DNA of 63,988 nucleotides, counting the filler, from Dimargaris cristalligena (Eukaryota), in the NCBI GenBank assembly GCA_003614675.1. It is 6 parts of 6 records of this genome, joined end to end, with 100 filler letters (N's around TTAATTAATTAA, not from the genome) between each part and the next. Parts side by side here need not be neighbours in the genome. Positions count along the whole stretch, not along the records: positions 43,232 to 53,896 come from ML003165.1; positions 53,997 to 63,988 come from ML003214.1; 4 more parts are not named here. One strand, written 5' to 3'. Each line of letters opens with the position of its first letter. Positions within the stretch are counted from its first letter, which is position 1. Position numbers and translations under genes: made by a program. Below are positions 48,801 through 59,101 of this stretch, one piece after another. The notes beneath the pieces were generated by a model. It was not told where the DNA came from. It worked only from the letters and a program-made list of their open reading frames with translations, and did not search any database.

Positions 48801-49776
48801 GCATCGCATCGGAAGCGGCGGTAGCAATGGGAGCCCCCAATACCAGTCGGGTCCCACCACCCACGGAACCCCCGCCCACTTGCGCAAGGGCAGCTACACC
48901 CATTCCGGACCTAAGCCCAACGGCGGCCTTATATCCCGGGTACCGGGTAAGCCCCCGTGTGGTAAAGCCAACGTAGACATACCGGTTATGAACCGGAATG
49001 GAACTTTAGCCCGTGGCCCACCCGGCCCAACCAAACGCCGCCCGGCTAAGCCGTTGCAGTTGGACATGGACTCGCTGAAACAACAGTACCCCACCCCGCG
49101 CTCGTCCGCGCGTAACTCGTACCCGAGTGTCATGTCGCCGCTTTCGTCCATGTTAGAGGGGGGTCTCCATATATCTAACTTATCCTCGGCTTCACCACGC
49201 GGTTCCACCCCCCATTCGCCCCAACGGGGGGGAGTCCGGCCGAGACGGTCGACCGACCCCAAATCGGCCTACTCTGAACGATCGCCAGCGCTGTCGAACC
49301 CGAAAGCTAACCCGGGTCTGCCACGTAGTCCAGGTCGGGAAAGTCCTTTCCGGCCCGTTCAGCCTAGCCCTATACGCAATTCGGTTCGCCCGTTGAGCCC
49401 TCGGACTATAAAACAGTATAATCAGTCGGGAGGAAACCCGACTAACCATCATCACCAGCGCCAGCACCCCCGCCACCAACCCTTGTCTTCATCGGTTGCC
49501 AGCTCGAACCAGGTGTCCGGTATGGCCCAACCCCACAGTCCCCGCTGGTCCGCACCCCAGCAATCCCCGCGGGAGACCATGCACCCGGAGCACTACCATT
49601 CCTATAAAATGCTGTCGGGTCGGGCCGCGGGCGCGGGCGCTACTAGTCATTACCCAAATAATCACCACTTCTCACTTCAGATGTGCTGTGTTGTCGCCCT
49701 GCCCCATTCGTACATACTACTTCAACCTATCTTTAAGCCGCTCCCAATACCTTGCCCCCCTCTCTGTTTTCAATAA
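45820..49776 (+). CDS. Large Pro/Ser-rich, largely disordered protein with a probable split PH domain
   Basis: Open frame of about 4 kb; first in-frame ATG at 45820. RLRGSIKWY...WQTKIVILQRDTLTC and LWVIHL...YTIDIATTDGRTVSLATKTKAQQLKWVVAI resemble PH-domain halves. Ends uncertain. Confidence 0.7.
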   Translation: MTCHTYAPPVRSCSMNGGAPDLYNRRHGQDNRASNIAELDLSENLRSANITGGIISAWGWKTSLFNFYKRPIAAVVPTVTFQVYPDFESCVSLAYPLERRVVATIVQPTDGGQSLGGSSGSDSDRDTGAAFIPSHRGSLVTAAAIRPTISSGLPPSRNGRTLQVSLEEWLLSEGVNQPPPPRLRGSIKWYNPHSCQWQTKIVILQRDTLTCQDFVHRTRARRRQPKALLVSPTDEPRNRSKGARIMRLFHKEAGQQAQPLPPSPLSPPTPLRLRRLRRLSSQLPHQAASPSLPSASFNPTKKRGGGGEEVDKKKNPPLDSSLGSQSPDDSSTTTTASSLSSPSPPLLLQDRGPRRTIKTRGGPPGPRGGPGIPFPSADSLASPSAANIRNSPSSLNSSTTDLDRSATSPLWVIHLTMIKSLSFLPDEGGPPPSSKATTTTTTSPKSRTNPYTIDIATTDGRTVSLATKTKAQQLKWVVAIISNWDTYFKLRMDLQAAMPASLDEELAPLDLAHVAPRAPAQPLQGLLGELPVVHDAHDMANSTPFPLQRVSSPTATGSAEMAHPGPLNLSFSNMWRELVIDSILAESCVRITSACPMKRQKRVEGSSSDHHLSSPATLQLESKGPVTHNNSESALRAPTEGSKPVSLFPISAPSILPNAVNDDDHHHHHQSLRLQSFCDPSDVVDMYELLGVPSPALCHEPSTLLASSSSPNELFALEGRRSVRQARRMSLPAAALDPLFETVAHVTKDEDDDHPSLNDSETMPRADYTTRKYPVGAISSSSAAKYAGGPPVTLADLPENELVYQDIVVDDDLTITLPSPIDTSFAHQAVTRGPASARPALSRDVKLRTKRQFSLPDRGTPFIIPILKHWGPSLDNSEDGHDLPSLVGDLEGETPTALQHCEIDDLPLIPNGFAQFRQPDGKEEGDEGSLDWRNRRILDWQREAQNQTTPQQYANHLVPTNKVGGPNPLDAYRVMVPDFRAIYKSRLEHNLNNSHRIGSGGSNGSPQYQSGPTTHGTPAHLRKGSYTHSGPKPNGGLISRVPGKPPCGKANVDIPVMNRNGTLARGPPGPTKRRPAKPLQLDMDSLKQQYPTPRSSARNSYPSVMSPLSSMLEGGLHISNLSSASPRGSTPHSPQRGGVRPRRSTDPKSAYSERSPALSNPKANPGLPRSPGRESPFRPVQPSPIRNSVRPLSPRTIKQYNQSGGNPTNHHHQRQHPRHQPLSSSVASSNQVSGMAQPHSPRWSAPQQSPRETMHPEHYHSYKMLSGRAAGAGATSHYPNNHHFSLQMCCVVALPHSYILLQPIFKPLPIPCPPLCFQ

Positions 49777-52120
49777 AGCTTTATTTTTATAAATATTTAA
49801 ATACCTATACCTATTTGACGTGGATTTTGTCAATATCTCTTTACTTCTCTGGAAGATACTGTAGTGAAAAACGCAGTATGAGTGTCCGTGGAAGTAGCCG
49901 TCATCCAAATAGGCTAATCTGGCGCTATTTCAAAAGATGATAATACCCAATAGCAAAAATATTATATGGAGTGCCAGGTGATATTTCAAACATTGGGTAT
50001 TATTAATCCAGTTGCCTTTATGAGTTTGGTGTAAAATCCCAAAACCCCGAATTACCATGGCGTATATTTGCTCAGTATTTATTAAAATGTAAAATTTATT
50101 TTTCACCGATACACTAGTGTTATTTTAAAGGATAAAGTAGGTGGTGTTAGAGGATGCTGAGTCAGAGAGGTGGCGGCCAAGTGAGGTAAATTAAATGCCT
50201 TTCATAAACAAGTATGTATTAAAAGGGGATGCCATTCCCAAGGGCAGAGTAGTGGTACGCTTAACTTTTTTTAATCCCCCTCCCCTTTCCTACTGCATCA
50301 ATTTGCGGATGTTGCTGGGGGTAGGTGGCATGCTATGAATATTACAGGAAAATGACAGGCAGTAGAGAAAAGTGAATTGATGACAACCCACAGGAAATAT
50401 GGAGCCGATTTTTTTTTAAAAAATATAAAATATCAAGAATGAATTGTGATTCCTTTTGAATTAATAGTCGCTGAATACTCCAACAATGGGACCTTAAACA
50501 AAAGGGTTCGAAAATATATACATTATCGTCAGAATACAGAAACAGACCGCAAAGACATCGTATTTTATACTGTGTCAGAGTTCAAGCAAGACCGGCTCAT
50601 AAAGATAGTTACTACATATGGTAAATAGAGGCCTGGCGACGAGTACGTTTGGAGGTAGTAGTGGCGGTGGCATTGATATTAGGGGCATAAAAAGGCACCA
50701 CGGGGACTTGGCTGAGTGGCGCTGCATAGAAATTGTAATTATTTGGGTAATGACTAAACGGGCTACAAAAAGGCAAGGTGAAGGCCAAAGGAATGTGGTT
50801 TTGGGGGTTAAATAAGTTGACGTTGCTTGAATGCGGTGTTGGTTGCCATATAAAATAATAATCCCCCTTTTATTTGGGGAGTATAGTCCAAACAATAGGG
50901 GTGGGCTGGAGAAACCTCCCGCCTGTCAATAGGCTGATGTCCTTTCGTTCTCACCCTGATATCTATCTACTCAAGATTCCCCCCACACATGCGAGAATGT
51001 TATTATTAACCCACACTCCCACTTTCTCCCACATCGTACTGTGAGGATGCGAGAGGAAAATGAGCCATTGGCCTAGATATCGTCACGTGCCCGTCCCGCC
51101 TGGATACCATGACGACTGAGAGAGAGAGGGTCTTCACCCCAACCCTTATTTCATGATTAATGTCAGTGTGGAAACCATAACATACAATAATTGTGAATCA
51201 ACCCTGGTCTACCGAAGTAGTCGTCGGATCTAATAGACTGGCTTTGTGTAGGTCGGTAAACGTGGAATCTAAAATACGGTAAAATCAGCAACCCACCCAC
51301 TGGGCGGTTAAGTGTGTCTTAAGAAGGTCTTGGGCCCATGGGGTGGCGGCAGTCAACTAAACCGCCTGGGTAACCAATTTGTATATATTTTCAGGACCCT
51401 ATTCCCACCCTATTGTTATTAACCCAAAAATCACAGGCCTGGTAAGGAGATTAGGGAATCCCCGCGCTACATTCCCCAGAGATGCATTCACATTAATTAA
51501 ATCAAACGGTAGATTCGCCGGTTGCAATACTAGTGGATATGGAGGAGGTTTGGCCCTGCTCTGTAGCGAAGCCCGTATTTAAAAATATAGGTTTCGCCAG
51601 TTGAAAATAACCATCTCTCCTAGCTCACCCCCTGATATGTCCGCCATAATCCTGTACTGTTGCATTGAGTTTCTCCCACATTTCCCACCACCAGATAAAA
51701 TGTCGTTAGTGGATTGATAGAGTAAAATTAGAGCACCCCAGTGAAGGCGGTAAAATGCCATTGGAAGGTTGCTTATTCCATTGAGGACGTGGTTAGACTC
51801 ATAAAGCCGGTAGTTGCTGGCCATGTCCGAACCCACGGACTGTCCCTGTATAGTATTAGAGTCTCCCAAGTAGCTTGGCGACAAGTAGTTTGATTTCTTC
51901 GTATGGGAGGGTCAAGTTGAAATTATAGGCAAATAACCGCGAGTCTAACATAAGTTGTGTAAATATTTAGTACTCTTAGTCCAGGAGACGGGGCTATGGA
52001 AATCTGATTTATCTTTGACAATATAGCTAAAATTGTAAGTATCCAATGTCCACCTTTCTTCATGTTTGGATGAACCCCAGACAAATCCCCTAGCGAGAAT
52101 GATAGATAAACAGCATATAC

Positions 52121-52264
52121 ATAAGGGTAAAATTCAAACCAGCTGTATAAGGTTTTACATAATATATGTATGGGTGAATATATATGAGAATAGCTTTTAA
52201 CCAGTAATATTGGCCTCATCCAATGGATTTTTCATTATACAGCCTGAATGAACTCCTCCCATAT
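52121..52264 (+). mobile_element. MITE-like element, copy F
   Basis: Near-identical to copy B plus a 16-bp internal segment; ends CCCATAT. Confidence 0.85.
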
Positions 52265-52783
52265 CAGCACTGCGGACCAAAGCATTGGGAACTAAGTTGT
52301 TGAGATTGCGTCTCTAACTGATGTGTGGGGGGACTGACTTAATCCTGCTGTATAAGGGATATCTCCTGGCTGGCCTACTTGGTCAATCTATTACAAACCC
52401 AGCTAGTTTGTCAGGTATAGACGACATACCCCTCATTTCAAAGAGGCCAGTCGTTGCCCGCCACTGTACAAGTTCCCAAATGAGATACCCAGAGGGGGAT
52501 TTAATCACGTGTGCATCGGCCTCACTCATACATTGGCCCAACCGCTGTCATCTACTTACCAGTTAATGTGACGTTGGTGGGCTCTGTATTCACTGACTCC
52601 ATAGGCGCTAATGGCCCTTCCATCTGTCAAGCGGACTCTATTCTCTCTGGCTCCTTGGACTCCCTCCATCATCTAGCGCAGTGGCTACTCATTCCCCCCT
52701 TGTTCCGCCGTATTTCTAATAGTGTGTCCATCCTTCTTTATTATTTACCCCGTCCCATCACCACTCCGAACCTCCCCGCCACC

Positions 52784-53896
52784 ATGTCCAACACCCAGTG
52801 CTACTTCCTCGTAGCGCCCGACGACACCCAAGACCAGCCTAGCCTGGCTGAGCTCAAGAAGGACCTCGAGCGCAACAATGAGCACGTCAAAATCAACACC
52901 ATGCGTAAAATCCTCATCATGATGCTCAATGGCGAACCATACCCCGAGCTGCTCATGCACGTCATCCGGTTTGTGATGCCGTCCAAGAACAAAATCCTCA
53001 AGAAGCTCCTGCACTTTTACTGGGAAATCTGCCCGAAAACCAACCCGGACGGCAAACTCCGCCAGGAGATGATTCTCGTCTGTAACGCTATTCGCAACGA
53101 CCTGCAGCACCCCAACGAGTACATCCGGGGCGCTACTCTGCGCTTCCTGTGCAAAATTCACGAAACCGAGATTCTGGAACCCCTCCTCCCCTCCGTGCGC
53201 TCCTGCCTTGAGCATCGCCATTCCTACGTCCGCAAGAACGCCGTCTTCGCCATCCACTCCATCTCCAAGCACTCGCCCCAACTCATCCCCGACGCCGCCG
53301 AGCTGGTCTACAACTTCCTCGTGGTCGAGGCCGATATGGCGTGCCGACGAAAAGCCTTTGTGACCCTTTGCTCCGCCCAGCCCGACCTGGCGGCCCAGTA
53401 TCTCAAGGAGCACCTGGCCCAGGTGGTCGACTTCGAGGAGCTGTTCCAGCTTTCGGTCATTGATTTTATTCGCAAGGACGGGCGTAACAATACCACCGAC
53501 CGGAATAAGTTTATCCGCTGTATCTTTGAATTGCTGGATTCCCCCGCCCATTCCGTTAAATACGAAGCCGCCACCACCTTGGTTAGTCTGACCAGTAACC
53601 CCACTGCGGTAAAGGCAGCCGCCTCCTGCTTCATCAACCTGATTGTGTCAGAGTCAGACAACAACGTCAAGATCATTGTACTCGACCGGCTCGAGGAACT
53701 GCACCGCAATAACAACGGGGTCCTCAACGATTTGGTCATGGACGTATTGCGTGTCCTATCCAGCGCTGACCTCGAAGTGCGTCGCAAGGCCCTCGCCATC
53801 GCCATGGACCTTACCAACCAGCGCAATATCCAGGACGTGGTTCAGTTCCTCAAGAAGGAATTAGCCCGTACCCAGGATCAGAGCCTTGACCTCACT
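52784..53896 (+). CDS. SEC26: Coatomer subunit beta (5' part, cut by contig end)
   Basis: LLMHVIRFVMPS, KKLLHFYWE, EMILVCNAIRNDLQHPNEYIRGATLRFL and LIVSESDNNVKIIVLDRL; adaptin N-terminal family. Confidence 0.96.
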
Positions 53897-53996
53897 NNNN
53901 NNNNNNNNNNNNNNNNNNNNNNNNNNNNNNNNNNNNNNNNTTAATTAATTAANNNNNNNNNNNNNNNNNNNNNNNNNNNNNNNNNNNNNNNNNNNN
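53897..53996. other. Artificial contig linker
   Basis: N-TTAATTAATTAA-N, 100 nt. Confidence 0.98.
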
Positions 53997-54099
53997 TGGA
54001 AAGAATGGGTTAAAAGGGAAGGGAAAAAAACTGGATATACCAGACAAAAAAGCCACTTCATACCTTGTATATAAATATAATAAGTAAATAATAATTGTG

Positions 54100-56806
54100 C
54101 ATACCTGTGGCAATTTAAGGGGACACTTCACCTTGCCACACCGCTGCCCTTCTAGCCCCATTCTATGCCCTTACTGGACTTCACCGATTAACAAAGAAAC
54201 ACTTAGCTGATCTTGAACCCTATTGGGTTAGCTTGAAAAAGGCCCTCCTAGACACCAAATACCTATACGAGCCACAACCAGGGGAACCCCTTACCCTACG
54301 GGTCGATGCAGCAGAGGCTGGAGTTGGAGCAGTACTACTTGCCCATCCAGATGGACAATCTGATCGTGTAGTTGCCTACTTCAGTAAGGCCTTCGATGGG
54401 CAGCAGGGCCGACGACATCCTGGGTTCCGTGAAGCCTGGGGACTAGTTCGAGCAGTCCGACATTTCTACACCTACTTAGATGGTGTGGCTAACCTCCGAG
54501 TAGAAGTTGACGCCACTATAGCCTTGGGACTTTTCAACCATAAAGATACATGCCAAGGTGACGAACTTGCGGGTTTCCGTGCCGAGTTAGCCAAAATGGG
54601 AATCCATTCTCATATGATATATCATCGACCAGGTGAGACTCATCTTACAGCAGATTGGTTATCTCGAGCTCTCCATCGCCAGAGACCCCGTAAATCAACC
54701 CAACCTACCGTAGCCACCATTGCCGCTATAGAGACTACCACCGATACTACTGAGAGTAGTGATGAAGGTGAGGCGATGCATATTTCTCTCTCTTCAGATG
54801 AGGAAGAGGATTGTGACCCTGATCCTAATATCACTAAATGTCCTGGTGAGCTAACAATTATGGCTGCCCTCCCCACCACCTGGAGCTGGACAATATCCCC
54901 TGAAGACCAAAGGAATGATACTCAACTGGCTAGTTGGCTCAAACTCTGCCAGCATCGTGACGATGAGATTGGTAGGGATGATCCCCTATTCACTGAGGTT
55001 AATGGGCTGTCTATCCATAATGGACTTCTCTGCCAAATAGCCCCCGGCTCCTTAGTTGGTACTATGGGGAGCTGGGTACCCTTAGCCCCCACAACTATAA
55101 TGAAGGAGGCCATTAAACAATGGCATATCGAACTGTGCCACCCAGGGCAGGAGCGGCTCTTAGCATTTGCCCAGTCACGCCTAGCCCATCCAGCTCTACG
55201 GGAAACCATTGACCGTTTTACCAGAACCTGTCACGTCTGCCAGATGAATGCTATTTCCACGATTCGTAATACTCCCCAGTCAACCACCTATGGGGACCGG
55301 GACCCAGGTGAACACCTTTACCTAGATATTGGCTATATTGGTCAGGTCGGGCCTGATGAGGAAACCCAGTTCCTCATTATTGCAGATGCTACTAGTCGGT
55401 TTTATCAGGCAATACCACTTATCCAATCCACTGCCCTAGACATTGTGGAAGGCCTACGCGATGGCTGGATTGGGACCTATGGAAAACCACGGATGATTAC
55501 AACCGATAATGGCCCCCAGTTTACTGCAGACACCCTCAGAAGCTACCTAGAAGGCCAAGGGATCCAGCATATATTTTCCTCCCGAAGCCACCCTATCTCT
55601 GAACTAGCAGAACGATATGTAGGTCTACTGAAAAACTCCTTAAGGAAATGTTGGAGCCAATACGGTACCTCTGATGGATGGACATGCTATCTTCCCAAAA
55701 TCACCGCAGCACATGCTATTATCCCTGACCCACATACTGGTATCACCCCTTGGTCAGCCCTTAATGGCATTACCTCCACAGTTAACCCATCATGTTTTAT
55801 CCTACACCCAGATATGGAAGGAGGAGTAGAAGAAGCGGCCCAGTGGGCCATTAACCAAGCAAAGGAACGCCGATCCCGAGTGCGTAAATTAGCCATGGAG
55901 CGGTATAACCAACATGTGACAAGAAGAAGATATCTCCCGGGAGAACTAGTCACAGTCAAAGTTGTACCAAAACCTACTAATTTAGCAAGCCAGCCAGAGA
56001 GAAGAACCGGGCCATTCCGCGTCTTGGAGAGGGCTGGCCTAGCCTACCGACTAACTGATCTGGAGGGTAACCCCCTACCCCGAACAACTCATGGGGGCCT
56101 CCTCCTACCCTATTACACTCGGGAAGATGAGTGGACTGACAATGCACCGACAACTACTGATATTCTAACCCACTCATTACCTATTAACCTTGCGACCTTC
56201 AGTGGGAATAACCCCAATTCAATAGACGATTATTCGAATGATGAATTCCGGGCCAGGTCAGAATACAGAGAAATCTCTCTACCAGAAGAAACACATCACC
56301 CGCCGGAAGAGTCATTGGAAGAGAATAGCAGTGATGAAGGCAGTCAGGACGAAAGCCACTATTGGTCATCATCTGAGTATGAGCCCGAACCCAATAACCA
56401 AACCAGCGACTCCCTGATCCACCCATCATCAGATTCGCCAGTCCTGGGCACTAAACGGCAAGCCTCCTGCTCCCCCCGACCAACAGGCATCACCCAAGTA
56501 GGAAACAAACGATTATGCGACCTACCAAGCCCTACTCTATTAGCATTTCCTCAGCTCCGGGAGAAGTCAAGTCAAGGTATCCAAGAACTAGAAACAAGGA
56601 ACTCTGAGGACGAGGAGTCGCCCTGGAGTATTGTGCAACCAAGGGGAAACTCCGACCTGAATAATCAGGAGGACGACCGAACCAATCATACCCCCCTTCA
56701 GGAGGATAACCCACCGATGTACATGGGAGTCCAATCTATCCCCCTAATGGAGGAGGACGACCCTCTCTCGTCGACACAAGAACTACACCCCGCCCCAGAG
56801 GGATAA
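54100..56806 (+). mobile_element. Ty3/gypsy-type pol fragment (RT connection, RNase H, integrase, acidic tail)
   Basis: AALLAPFYALT; RNase H RVDAAEAGVGAVL...VAYFSK...ADWLSR; HHCC zinc finger (HIELCHPG...CHVC); DDE core (YLDIG, TTDNGPQF, ELAERY); GPF motif (TGPFRVL). RH-before-IN order is Ty3-like. Confidence 0.92.
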
Positions 56807-57303
56807 AACTAGCCACCCGCCCAGCGGACCAGGATTCTATGTCTTTAAATAAAATACTATTATTTACTAATACGCCTACAGTTATTTCGCATCTACCCCG
56901 CTCCACTCAGCGCCGTCTTCTTCACTCTTCATCCTGCCCTACTCGGCACTAGGTTACAGTATTACCACCCTACCTACCATGTTAAACCGTCAATGCGAAA
57001 TTATTGGCTGGCTCTTCCTCATTGGCGTTCAAACACTGTGGCGCATTGCTTTACCCCCACTGGTTAGTTAAACTGTGGGCAAACGCCAATAATAATCCAC
57101 TGAATAAGGTGGTAACACAAATGGTGATACTTATTCAATAATATCGTATTAATTTTTATAATCATTTCAAAGGGCTATAATTGATGGTTAGAGGTCAAAA
57201 TAAAGCTTGGTTGTTTTGAATGTATATATTAAGCCCAACTTTTAAAGGGAAGATTGCCGGAAAAATTTGGATTAAAATTTACACAAGAAAATCCTAACAT
57301 GAA

Positions 57304-57376
57304 GCCCGGTTAGCTCAATCGGTAGAGCGTGAGACTCTTAATCTCAAGGTTGCGGGTTCGACCCCCGCATTGGGCT
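57304..57376 (+). tRNA. tRNA-Lys(CTT)
   Basis: Full 73-nt cloverleaf: GCCCGGT/ATTGGGC acceptor stem, TGAGA-CTCTTAA-TCTCA anticodon arm, GGTTCGA T loop; no intron. Confidence 0.97.
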
Positions 57377-57378
57377 TC

Positions 57379-57388
57379 TTTTTTTTTT
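57379..57388 (+). terminator. RNA polymerase III oligo(dT) terminator
   Basis: T10 run directly after the tRNA. Confidence 0.85.
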
Positions 57389-58294
57389 GTCGACTCTTCT
57401 CGTTCTCACCTAAGTTATGATGGCAACGATGGTCCCTTTTTGATTTAAAGGACTTCGTCGGGGGTTAAATAGCATAGGGGGGTACAGTGGTATTGGCAAT
57501 AACCATGCGACTTACATTTCTTAATAGGCGAAGGTAATTTCGAAAGAAGAGAAATTAGATTAAGCTGCGGAAACATCCCTGGCTTTATAAGATTTTTTGC
57601 CGGGGCATAGCCGCCGAATCTGGCGAGGAAGGTAGAGGGCTGGTGGGTGACGTGGAATGCGGTGCGTGAATGTATTGGTGCAGTGTAAGGTTAGGTAGTC
57701 GTACTTCATTTCAGATGCTCTATCCAGATGGTGTAATGGTCATATACACAGCTCCCCATCACTTGATTTATAGAAAATGCAGGAGTCCCCCCCTGGGTTG
57801 ATTTGGCGACAAGCCAAAGAGGCCCCTGGGCCAATGTAGAAAAAGGTGCGGGAGTCCATGAATCCGGCTAAGTAGCTGACGGACTGAAGTGGCCAATTCG
57901 CCGAAGAATGATAGCGACGTTTTATTTGGTGAGTAATACGAATGACGTGTTTTAAATTTTTATTTTTATATAAAATTATAATGGGATTTGCAGTGATAGC
58001 CTAGAGTTCCAACCCGAATCGAGTTTGGCCGGAGAATAGGCCAGGCCCTAACCCTCAATTACTACCCAATAGCAAAATAGGTCGCTAAAGCAGTAGCTCG
58101 CTGATTTGTAATTATTGCTCCCTCCAATAGTACCAGCCCTTGATTGAACTTATCGACGACCTCATTTGGGACGATATCCATTGCCCCGGAGGAGAGGAGG
58201 GTAGGGCTTTTGGTAGTCAGGTATACGAAATTACTATATGAGTACAATATTCATGCATCATAGGTGTCGCGCAAATCGACCTGGGTATATTCGC

Positions 58295-59101
58295 CTAGAG
58301 CCTCGCTCGCCCCAAGATATGCTGGTCCTCGCCGTCATTCACTTCCTCGATTTGACGATAGTCATTAGTTTGGCGTAGCTCGCTTACGGGCCAGCCGGAT
58401 TTCTGGCGCAGGTGGACATAGAGAACCGCCCCTTGGTAAAGCGCAAAAAGCGACGTGAACCAAATCAAACCCATATAGGCCTCATGATACGTTTCGTGGA
58501 CGAAAGAGAAGCAGGAGCGCTGGTAGCCCAAGTCGGGGTTCAAATGGCAACGCAACTCAGTCTCCCTGGGGCTAGAGTGTGGTATACCTGGGCGGTTATT
58601 AGGAGTATCCCGGTGGGGCGGTAGGACCTTGGGAATATCCTTGTCCACCAGACTACGGTAGCCACAGCAACGGTAGGCCGATTCCAAGTCGCGGATCCCC
58701 TCCGGCTGGGTCCGGTACATTTCCAACCAATACCAGTCCAGCAGCACGTCCTGCCAGTGGAGACCCGCCAGGGCCAGGGTGTCCACGGATATTAGGAGGA
58801 GAAGCAGGAGGACTAGTCCGATAGTAGTGAGGTCCGGCGCGGCGGCGGCGGAGCTCTCGTCAAACGTAATATTAGACGCGGAAGCACGGTGGCTAGCGAG
58901 GGCTTTTTGGCCTAAACTAAACAGGGCCACTAGGCCGAGAAGTAAGAAACCAACTGCTGGTATCAGTTCGCCCCGTAGACGAAGGGCCTGGATGGCGGCA
59001 AAAGCCAGCACGGCTGAGGGGTAAAAGTAATTAAACAGGTGCCAGATCCCCTGGACAGTAGGGATCTGCAGCGGTCCTAGGAACCCCAGACGGTTGGTCA
59101 T
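58295..59101 (-). CDS. Tetraspanin-like four-TM protein
   Basis: Four hydrophobic segments; large loop between TM3 and TM4 carries YRCCGY plus two further Cys. Confidence 0.72.
   Translation of the reverse strand: MTNRLGFLGPLQIPTVQGIWHLFNYFYPSAVLAFAAIQALRLRGELIPAVGFLLLGLVALFSLGQKALASHRASASNITFDESSAAAAPDLTTIGLVLLLLLLISVDTLALAGLHWQDVLLDWYWLEMYRTQPEGIRDLESAYRCCGYRSLVDKDIPKVLPPHRDTPNNRPGIPHSSPRETELRCHLNPDLGYQRSCFSFVHETYHEAYMGLIWFTSLFALYQGAVLYVHLRQKSGWPVSELRQTNDYRQIEEVNDGEDQHILGRARL

Noticed and set aside
23223..52264. Repeat copies as a CRISPR-like array, or the repeated ORF MRPILLVKSYSHIY as a gene family
   Set aside because: Copies are dispersed with no repeat-spacer periodicity; the ORFs are chance antisense translations of the element.
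52745..53826. Long antisense ORFs over beta-COP (and over the surface-protein and PH genes)
   Set aside because: Expected shadows of biased codon usage; no motifs.
1796..57376. Functional linkage of LysRS and tRNA-Lys
   Set aside because: They lie on different, unlinked contigs, and the synthetase looks mitochondrial.
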